Source: Nanobdellota archaeon
GTDB lineage: Archaea; Nanobdellota; Nanobdellia; Woesearchaeales; JAHWHD01
Length of the DNA stretch: 21,166 nucleotides
Direction of reading: 5' to 3'
Assembly (NCBI GenBank): GCA_034722435.1
Contig: JAYENX010000031.1
Location: 9,071-30,236, forward strand
Part shown: one piece after another, positions 8,493 to 14,973 of the stretch
How positions within the stretch are numbered: the stretch's first letter is position 1
How the letters are laid out: each line of letters begins with the position of its first letter
Position numbers and translations under genes: made by a program
Notes under the pieces: model-generated
Databases searched by the model: none
What the model was told of the DNA's origin: nothing
What the model saw: only the letters and a program-made list of their open reading frames with translations

Positions 8493-8702
8493 ATGATAAA
8501 GAATTTATTAGCGGTTTTAATTATAGTTGCGATAGTGATCTCTTTAGCAGGCGTGTTTTTAGTTTTGAATACAAACGATGCGCCAGATGTAAAAATTGCT
8601 GCAGGAACTGCAAAAGTTAATGTTATAGCGGCATCAAACATTCCCGCTTCAACAGGTCAAGCAATTGTAAATGTTATTGAAAATACGGAGGTAGTAAAAT
8701 GA
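8493..8702 (+). CDS. 69-aa membrane peptide: TM helix plus two tandem G-x-A-x-V-N-V-I strands
   Basis: Strong SD and hydrophobic N-terminus. GTAKVNVI and GQAIVNVI recur at a 17-aa period. ATGA overlap with the next gene. Confidence 0.85.
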   Translation: MIKNLLAVLIIVAIVISLAGVFLVLNTNDAPDVKIAAGTAKVNVIAASNIPASTGQAIVNVIENTEVVK

Positions 8703-9283
8703 AAGAAGAGATTTCAAATAAAACATTAGCAATCCTTGTTATTATAGCAGTCATAGTTTCAATAGGAACAACTGTTACACTCTTGACAAGATTAGATTCA
8801 GGTGCAACAGGTGCAGCAACAGGATTAGCCAAAGTTGATGTAACTGGTTTGGTTGCGATTTCGTTACCAAGTAATACTGTTGATTTCGGTTCAGTTGTAC
8901 AAGGATATACAGCGGACACTACAACTAATAGTCCAGCACCATTAACAGTTCAAAATGATGGCGGTGTACCAGTAAATGTATCCATAGAGAGAGATAATTC
9001 TAGTTCAGCATTATTTAGTGGAACAGGTTCAGGAGATAACACTGCAACGTTCAAGTTTAAGATTGATACAGTAAGCGGAGAACCAAATTCATTCAATTAT
9101 GGGTCTTCAACAACTTCATGGACAAATGTTCCGGGTACAACAGCTATCGAGGATGTCATAACAGATTTAAATTATACAAATACTAATGATATCGCAGAAG
9201 TTGACTTACAAATCAATGTACCGAACGACGAACCATTAGGTTCTAAAAACGAAACTTTAGTTTTTATAGCTGAACAGTCTTAA
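8699..9283 (+). CDS. Exported single-domain pilin/WxL-like subunit (candidate major subunit)
   Basis: GGAGGT SD at 8687-8692 and ATGA coupling. TM, then ATGAATGLAKVDV, VDFGSV..QNDGGVPVNVSI and INVPNDEPLGSKNETLVFIA. Confidence 0.92.
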   Translation: MKEEISNKTLAILVIIAVIVSIGTTVTLLTRLDSGATGAATGLAKVDVTGLVAISLPSNTVDFGSVVQGYTADTTTNSPAPLTVQNDGGVPVNVSIERDNSSSALFSGTGSGDNTATFKFKIDTVSGEPNSFNYGSSTTSWTNVPGTTAIEDVITDLNYTNTNDIAEVDLQINVPNDEPLGSKNETLVFIAEQS

Positions 9284-9285
9284 AA

Positions 9286-9302
9286 TTTTTTTATTTTTAT
9301 TT
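9286..9302 (+). terminator. Oligo-T archaeal terminator candidate after the 194-aa gene
   Basis: TTTTTTTATTTTTATTT directly after the TAA at 9281-9283. Confidence 0.55.
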
Positions 9303-9305
9303 AAA

Positions 9306-10439
9306 ATGAAAAAAGTTTTAATTTTTATTTTGTGTATTCTAATTTGTCCAGTATTAGTTAGTGCTATAGGTATTGGACCTCCGAGACAAACTATAGAATT
9401 TCAAGCAGGTTTAGAGAAAGAGTTAATATTTTTCGTAGTTAATACCGAACAATTAGATTTAAGCGTAAGTATGTATTCTAAGGGCGAACTTGCTGAATTT
9501 ATAACAATTGAAAACAATCAGTTCAATCTTAAACCTGGAGAAAAAAAGGATGTTGCAGTAAAATTAAAATTACCCTTTAAGATTGATACTCCTGGAAAAA
9601 ACCTTATAAAGATTGGGGCTCTCGCATCACCAAAAAGTTCAAAAGATGCAACTGTCGCCGCAAAAGCAGGTGTCGAATCTCAATTATATATAGATGTGCC
9701 TTATGAAGGTAAATATTTGACAGCATCTTTAAACGCAAATAATGCAAAAGTAGGAGAAAATATTAACTTTGCGATCAATTTAAAAAATAATGGTTTAGAA
9801 AATATTGATTCAGTTAGCGGTATAATAAAAATATATGATTCTGAAAGTGACAAAGTTTCAAGTGTTAATGTTGTCTCAAAAAGTGTTAATGCAGGAGAAA
9901 GTGAAAAACTAGAAGCATCATGGAACACTAAAAATGTTAAACCAGGGTCATATAAAGCTATTGCAGATATTGACTTTGATGGAAATAAAAAGAGTATTGA
10001 AGCAAGTTTTAATGTTGGAGATGTTCTTATTGAAATAATAGATTTGAAAAATAATGATTTTAAACCAGGCGATATTGCTAAATTTACAATAACCGTGCAA
10101 AGTAAATGGAATAAAAAAATATATAACGCGTTTTCTTTAATTGAGGTTTATGATATGCAAGGAAATCTTCAAGGGGAAACAGAAAGTAAAAAAATAGATA
10201 TAGGTGCATGGGAACGAAAAGATATTGAAGCTTTTTGGGATTCAACAGGGGCAGTATCTGGAGATTATAAAGTAAAAGTTGTTCTTAATTATGAAGGTAA
10301 AACTTCTGAAAAAAATTTTAACATTACAGTTAAAGAGAAAAGTAGTTATGGATTAATAATCTTAAGTATTATCGTTGTTATGTTAATGATAGTGGTTGCG
10401 TGGTTTAAATGGGAAAAGTCAAGAAAGAAAAAGCGATAA
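9306..10439 (+). CDS. Membrane-anchored three-Ig-domain protein, PapD-like / DUF916-DUF3324 (WxL-interacting)-like architecture
   Basis: SPase I-type signal (VSA|IGIGP) and PapD-like opening IGIGPPRQTIEF..FFVVN. Two CARDB-like repeats (N-x-G..WNT..PGSYK and W..GAVSGDYKVKV). C-terminal TM plus basic tail. Confidence 0.9.
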   Translation: MKKVLIFILCILICPVLVSAIGIGPPRQTIEFQAGLEKELIFFVVNTEQLDLSVSMYSKGELAEFITIENNQFNLKPGEKKDVAVKLKLPFKIDTPGKNLIKIGALASPKSSKDATVAAKAGVESQLYIDVPYEGKYLTASLNANNAKVGENINFAINLKNNGLENIDSVSGIIKIYDSESDKVSSVNVVSKSVNAGESEKLEASWNTKNVKPGSYKAIADIDFDGNKKSIEASFNVGDVLIEIIDLKNNDFKPGDIAKFTITVQSKWNKKIYNAFSLIEVYDMQGNLQGETESKKIDIGAWERKDIEAFWDSTGAVSGDYKVKVVLNYEGKTSEKNFNITVKEKSSYGLIILSIIVVMLMIVVAWFKWEKSRKKKR

Positions 10440-10825
10440 TAATTCTTGCTATTGTTATATTAGTAGTAGTAGCCGTATCTTATTTAGTTTATAACATGTT
10501 AAAGCCAGACGATATTCAAGTTATAGATATGACCATTAAAGTAGGAAATTATACAGGTTTTGATGTTAACACCAGTTATTTAATATTCGGAACAGTTGTT
10601 CCAGGCGGTTATTCTAAAAGAAGTATTAAGATAAAAAATATAGATGATAAAAAGCACAATGTTGAAATTGTTACTGAAGGAGAACTTTCAGATTGGACAA
10701 AGATTTCAAATAATAACTTTATAATTAATAATGGCGAAATTAAAGATGTTGATGTTACTATTTTTATTCCTGAAAGATCAGATATGAGAAAATATGATGG
10801 GAAATTGGCAATAATATTTAGATAA
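10409..10825 (+). CDS. TM-anchored single pilin-like Ig domain
   Basis: N-terminal TM, LIFGTVVPGG..IKIKN, terminal TIFIPERSDMRKYDGKLAIIFR. Overlaps the previous gene by 31 nt, so the start is approximate. Confidence 0.85.
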   Translation: MGKVKKEKAIIILAIVILVVVAVSYLVYNMLKPDDIQVIDMTIKVGNYTGFDVNTSYLIFGTVVPGGYSKRSIKIKNIDDKKHNVEIVTEGELSDWTKISNNNFIINNGEIKDVDVTIFIPERSDMRKYDGKLAIIFR

Positions 10826-10895
10826 TGTAGTTTATTTGTATCTTATTGTATTTTAAAAAATAATTTCGAATTATTCTATTTATTGCAATAATGTT

Positions 10896-12221
10896 CTATT
10901 TTTTGTTATTAAAATCTTTAGTTTTGAATCTTCTAAATCCTGTATAAACAGTTATTAGAATAACCGATAAAATGGCTACAACTAGTAATAGATTAAAGAA
11001 AGGTATTGGTATCCACAGTCCGGGTTTTTCAATATTTATGGGTTGTACAGATTCTATAAAACCTGAATCGCAAGATCTCGAATCAACAGGTTTAGTTTTT
11101 CTCATTACCTTGAGTATCTTTCCTTCAGCAACTAGTTTATCACATTTATTTGAATCATAACAATTTCTGGTTTGTTTTCCATCAACACAAATAGACCATT
11201 CTCCGCAAATCCAGAACTCTTCACAAGTAGGTGGAGGGTTTGAGGGTGAAAATGATGAAGCTCTACTAGCTGCTCTTGTTATAGGATTAGGGCCAATACC
11301 TAGCCCTGGGTCGGCAGGTTCTAAAAATATAGTAGTGCTCCGAGAACCGTTAGTAAGATTAGCAAGTACTGTCCAGTTATCATCATTACAATAACGTTCT
11401 GTAAAGTTCCAATTTAAGCATTTGAAAAGTTGAAAACCTTGACTATTATCAAAACTTAATTGTACTTCCATGTTTGAAAAATGAGTTATCAAAGGATTAA
11501 CAACCACCAGCCTGTTCCATTTACGTTCATCTATCGAATCTATACCTAAAAAATCGCCAATAGTTCCAACATTGATAAAATCGTAGAATATAATTTTGTC
11601 CAAACCTCTGTAATTATAAGGATTTATTTCTATAGTATAACTCATACCCCATAAGAATGAAAGGTTATAAATCTCGTCATCGATTGCAATCAATCTATCA
11701 TCGCTGTCTCTATAGACTAATATCTCTCCGTCACCAGTTTTATTAGGCGCTTCAACTAATCTTCCAAAAGCTTCATAAGGAGGGAGTATTTCGATAATTT
11801 TGTCCCTATTATTAGTATATTCGTTAAGATCTTTAGCGAGTAGAGTATAATTATCATAAGCCATCCCGCATGTATCCCAGATTGTGTTAAATGAACCTGA
11901 ACCGTCTGTGCTAAGATTTATAGGATAGTTTGCGATTACAGAACCGGTTGAATTTAAAATATAAAATTCAATAAGTCCATCATCTGTAAAATGAGACCCC
12001 AGTATGGAAATATTAATACCAGGGGAATAAATCTCGTGTTCAGTATAAAGAGATGATTCTGGCCTCACAACATTAAGTAAGATATTTGCGGCAGCAGTAT
12101 GACCTACAATTTCTGGCTGTTTTAATAAAATTGAAAAACTTGAAATCGTAATAGCTATCCAAATTATAATTAGTGCCAGAATTAATCTTGAATTTACCTC
12201 ATAACCCCTCTTTTTAACCAT
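10896..12221 (-). CDS. Surface protein: TM/signal, lone strand, MG2-like Ig domain, KC-WNF-C-W module, TSP1-like Cys motif, C-terminal TM
   Basis: YSPGINISI..DGSGSFNTIW; LFKCLNWNFTERYCNDDNW..EPADPGLG; CEEFWICGEWSICVDGKQTRNCYDSNKC; C-terminal hydrophobic helix plus basic tail. Confidence 0.92.
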   Translation of the reverse strand: MVKKRGYEVNSRLILALIIIWIAITISSFSILLKQPEIVGHTAAANILLNVVRPESSLYTEHEIYSPGINISILGSHFTDDGLIEFYILNSTGSVIANYPINLSTDGSGSFNTIWDTCGMAYDNYTLLAKDLNEYTNNRDKIIEILPPYEAFGRLVEAPNKTGDGEILVYRDSDDRLIAIDDEIYNLSFLWGMSYTIEINPYNYRGLDKIIFYDFINVGTIGDFLGIDSIDERKWNRLVVVNPLITHFSNMEVQLSFDNSQGFQLFKCLNWNFTERYCNDDNWTVLANLTNGSRSTTIFLEPADPGLGIGPNPITRAASRASSFSPSNPPPTCEEFWICGEWSICVDGKQTRNCYDSNKCDKLVAEGKILKVMRKTKPVDSRSCDSGFIESVQPINIEKPGLWIPIPFFNLLLVVAILSVILITVYTGFRRFKTKDFNNKK

Positions 12222-12232
12222 TAAAATAAAAA

Positions 12233-12269
12233 TTGCGAATTATATATATAAAGTTTTGCGAATTATATA
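12233..12269. repeat. Exact 14-bp direct repeat TTGCGAATTATATA (12233-12246 and 12256-12269)
   Basis: Two identical copies at a 23-bp period, straddling the TATA/BRE of the 441-aa gene. Confidence 0.8.
12245..12260 (-). promoter_or_regulatory. BRE + TATA box for the 441-aa gene (leaderless geometry)
   Basis: Minus strand CGCAAAAC-TTTATATA (TATA 12252-12245). ATG at 12221 follows about 24 nt downstream. Confidence 0.75.
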
Positions 12270-12306
12270 ATAGTTTAATAAAACATTTTAATAAAAAATA
12301 AGTAGA

Positions 12307-12314
12307 TTTAAATA
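12307..12314 (+). promoter_or_regulatory. TATA box of the RHH-RHH-394aa operon
   Basis: TTTAAATA, 47 nt upstream of the ATG at 12362. Confidence 0.65.
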
Positions 12315-12322
12315 GGAGTTCC

Positions 12323-12358
12323 CTAACTTAACTAACTAAGTTCACTTAGTTAAGTTAG
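12323..12358. promoter_or_regulatory. Inverted-repeat operator upstream of the RHH genes
   Basis: Outer 13-bp arms CTAACTTAACTAA (12323-12335) and TTAGTTAAGTTAG (12346-12358). Nested inner palindrome TAACTAAG-ttca-CTTAGTTA. Ends 3 nt before the ATG. Confidence 0.75.
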
Positions 12359-12361
12359 TAA

Positions 12362-12493
12362 ATGGTAAATATCAATATAACAATTCCAGACGAATTGCAT
12401 AAAAATGCGAAAATTAAGAGCGCTATCTCAGAGATTTCTTTAAAGGAATTCATAATTAAATCATTAAAAGAGGGCATTAAGAAAAATGGTTAA
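12362..12493 (+). CDS. Ribbon-helix-helix DNA-binding protein 1 (43 aa; not in ORF track)
   Basis: MVNINITIPDELHKNAKIKSAISEISLKEFIIKSLKEGIKKNG: alternating N-terminal strand followed by two helices, the Arc/CopG/ParG-type pattern. Confidence 0.88.
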   Translation: MVNINITIPDELHKNAKIKSAISEISLKEFIIKSLKEGIKKNG

Positions 12494-12614
12494 TGTTAAT
12501 ATTAAGATTTCTAATGAACTGCATAAAAAGATTAAAGTGAAATGTGCAATTAATAGCATAACACTCAAAGATTTTGTAATAAAAAGTTTGAAAAAGAAAT
12601 TGAAAAATGGATAA
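12486..12614 (+). CDS. Ribbon-helix-helix DNA-binding protein 2 (42 aa; not in ORF track)
   Basis: MVNVNIKISNELHKKIKVKCAINSITLKDFVIKSLKKKLKNG. 26 of 43 aligned positions identical to RHH1 (hand count). 8-nt overlaps with both neighbours. Confidence 0.88.
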   Translation: MVNVNIKISNELHKKIKVKCAINSITLKDFVIKSLKKKLKNG

Positions 12615-13791
12615 AAAGATTGCTTGGATAGTTATTGGAATAATAGGTTTATTATCTATTAACGTAGCTTTTGCTTTTGATTTAGTCACAGGCGGTTTTA
12701 TTTATTCTCAAGGTTCGTTCACAGTTGACAATATTGCACCCGTAATTGATGTTATTAGCGAGATTATAGGGGATGAAGGAGATTTAATAACTATAAACGC
12801 TAATGTTTCTGATCCTAATGGCGATCCAGTTACAATAAGCTATAGTCTTCCATTCAATGAATCAGGACAATGGCAAACTATAATTGGAGATGGAGGAGTT
12901 TATCAAGTAACGGTTTCTGCTTCAGATGGGACTCTTAACAGCACTGAAAATGTAATTGTTAAGATTGTACCATACTGCGGTGATGGAATATGCAGTGCTA
13001 ACAATAGTGAAACTTGTAGCAATTGTGCAACTGATTGTGGAGAATGTGCTAGTTCTAGTAACGGAGGAAGAAAAAGGGACAAAGAAATAATTCCAGAACC
13101 TGAACTTGAAAATGAAATAGAAGAAGAAGAAGAAGAAGAAGAAGAATCTACAGAAGATGGTCAAGAGCAAGGAATGTCAGAAATTGAAAAAGTTTCAGAG
13201 GATGAAAAAGATGAGAAAGGGGTTTTAATAGTATCAGAAGATTTAGGTGTCGATGTGAACATAATTAAGGATGGCGAAGGAAAAAAAGGTGTTGATACCA
13301 GTACATCAGACACCATAAGAATTAAAATAAACATAGTACAATCCTTAGGTATTAAGGAAGATACCACTATTAAAGTTAAATATTTAATAATACCAATTAA
13401 AGATAATATTATAACAGCTAACGCAATTTATGATGATTATGCAGATGCTTTAGTTGAGTCATCGTATTCTTTTTATTTAGAAGAGTATGTGGAAGTTTCA
13501 GCTGAAAATATCAACTTGATACGAGAGATAGATATACCAGAACATCTCAAATCTGGAAAGTATAAGCTCGTTATAGTTGTAGAACACGAGGGCAGAGTAG
13601 CAATTGACGAAACAGAGTTTGTTGTGCCTAAAAGAATCGATTTAGAGCAGTCATTAATAAAAGATGTTTCTAATAAATTATTAACAGGCATAATAGCGAT
13701 TATAGTTTTAATTACACTATTCTTAAAAGTAAAAGAAGAAAATGAACGTAAGAATAAAGAAAAAAAGTTGAAGAAAAGAAAAAAGAAATAA
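12607..13791 (+). CDS. Surface protein: signal/TM, cadherin-like Ig domain, CGDG-C Cys motif, acidic linker, Ig domain, C-terminal TM
   Basis: NIAPVI..VSDPNGDPVT..VTVSASDG; YCGDGICSANNSETCSNCATDCGEC; poly-Glu; IP.HLKSGKYKLVIVV; TM plus Lys-rich tail. Confidence 0.92.
   Translation: MDKKIAWIVIGIIGLLSINVAFAFDLVTGGFIYSQGSFTVDNIAPVIDVISEIIGDEGDLITINANVSDPNGDPVTISYSLPFNESGQWQTIIGDGGVYQVTVSASDGTLNSTENVIVKIVPYCGDGICSANNSETCSNCATDCGECASSSNGGRKRDKEIIPEPELENEIEEEEEEEEESTEDGQEQGMSEIEKVSEDEKDEKGVLIVSEDLGVDVNIIKDGEGKKGVDTSTSDTIRIKINIVQSLGIKEDTTIKVKYLIIPIKDNIITANAIYDDYADALVESSYSFYLEEYVEVSAENINLIREIDIPEHLKSGKYKLVIVVEHEGRVAIDETEFVVPKRIDLEQSLIKDVSNKLLTGIIAIIVLITLFLKVKEENERKNKEKKLKKRKKK
13120..13146 (+). repeat. 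(GAA)9 perfect trinucleotide repeat encoding Glu9
   Basis: Nine consecutive in-frame GAA codons. Confidence 0.95.
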
Positions 13792-13807
13792 TAGTTTAAT
13801 TCTTCAA

Positions 13808-14317
13808 TCATTCTAAAATAAAACTTTTAATTTCAATATAAGTACCAGGGTCGGTTTCTATAACCACGTCAAGATTGTTCAGATAAAAGGATTCAAAAAA
13901 ACAAGTATCGACGCATTCTGAATAAAATATTCTTGATTGGACATTATTAGTTGTAGAAGTGACTTCGCGATTATCAGAGCCAGATTTAGAAGTTTGGCCA
14001 GTTATTGCAACAGGATTGCTCAATTCTGCATCAGAATCAAAGACAAGCACTCTTTCACCAGAATCAGTTAAAAGGTACACTTTAGCATTTCCGGACCCAG
14101 TAACTTGACCGTTAATTTTTAATGATCTTAATTGAATTGGATCCATATTGTTTTGTTCTAATAATGTGAAAAAACCATTTTCTGTTGCAGATAAGTTAGT
14201 GTTAATTATCCAAGAATCAGAAGAAACAAAACCAGTTATTTCAGGGTCTAAGTATAGCAGTACAAAGCCTAGTGCAAGTATTGCAAAAGCTAGGCCAACA
14301 AACAGTCTTGAGGCCAT
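13808..14317 (-). CDS. TM-anchored single-domain surface protein with an E-C-x-D-T-C motif
   Basis: TM then ITGFVS; LRSLKINGQVTGSGNAKVYL; FYSECVDTCFF. Imperfect TATA (ATTATATA, 14351-14344) upstream. Confidence 0.88.
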   Translation of the reverse strand: MASRLFVGLAFAILALGFVLLYLDPEITGFVSSDSWIINTNLSATENGFFTLLEQNNMDPIQLRSLKINGQVTGSGNAKVYLLTDSGERVLVFDSDAELSNPVAITGQTSKSGSDNREVTSTTNNVQSRIFYSECVDTCFFESFYLNNLDVVIETDPGTYIEIKSFILE

Positions 14318-14354
14318 ATTAAAAACAATAAAAAAGAAATTAGTATATAATACT

Positions 14355-14960
14355 TTACCTTTTAGATCTCTTTTTCTTAGCCTTTAAAGGTTTTGTCGCC
14401 TTCTTTGATTTTGTAGGTTTCTTTAAAGGTTTTGCAGGTTTCTTTGATTTTCCTTTCTTGAAGTGATACAATAGGACAACCACAAAAACAGCAACTAAAA
14501 CAAGAGCTATTATTAAAGTAAAATCGTAGCTTTTATCAGGAATTGTCATATTATTTGTTAGTCTCTGTTGAACAACGTTTACATTAACAGGAAGACCACA
14601 AGAATCAATTTTTACAGTGGCGCCTGATTGTTCACTTGCAGGACTGCATCTGATGCAAAATTCTTGAGTATAGAAACCAAGTATCTTAGGAGCTTTAACA
14701 GTACCGTAAAACTCTGCTTTTGAGTTTGCATCTACAAACATAATATCATCATCAAAATCAATATTTAAATCAGACTCGCCTTGCAATTCATAAATACATT
14801 CAATTGCTTGAGGTTTATTAAGATTCTGAATCTGGAACTTAAATCTGCCTGATTCTGACTTAAGAAGTTCTAGTTCTGGTGGTAACGGATTTGTTACACC
14901 AGCATAAACTATAGGAACTAAAAATAAGGTAAATAGTAAAATTGCGATAAGTTTTTTCAT
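14355..14960 (-). CDS. Membrane-anchored single PapD/DUF916-like domain protein with a long Lys-rich tail
   Basis: GAGGTG SD at 14971-14966. Signal VYA|GVTNP, then FKFQIQN..GTVKAPKILGFY, C-terminal TM and KKPAKPLKKPTKSKK tail. Resembles domain 1 of 9306-10439. Confidence 0.9.
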   Translation of the reverse strand: MKKLIAILLFTLFLVPIVYAGVTNPLPPELELLKSESGRFKFQIQNLNKPQAIECIYELQGESDLNIDFDDDIMFVDANSKAEFYGTVKAPKILGFYTQEFCIRCSPASEQSGATVKIDSCGLPVNVNVVQQRLTNNMTIPDKSYDFTLIIALVLVAVFVVVLLYHFKKGKSKKPAKPLKKPTKSKKATKPLKAKKKRSKR

Positions 14961-14973
14961 TTCAACACCTCTT

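Noticed and set aside
10995-11024. PGLWIPIPFF before the C-terminal TM as a PGF/PIP-CTERM sorting signal
   Set aside because: Only a loose match, not shared by the other C-terminally anchored proteins here, and no archaeosortase in the window. Not excluded, but unsupported.
11475-11486. THFS in the 441-aa protein as a second autoproteolysis site
   Set aside because: It aligns with the mid-domain IDPTNLNFTNA segment of the KC-WNF module, not a domain-terminal strand, so it is probably coincidental.
12180-12221. MVKKRG|YE as a class III (type IV pilin/archaellin) signal peptide
   Set aside because: The hydrophobic stretch does not start immediately after the Gly; YEVNSR intervenes.
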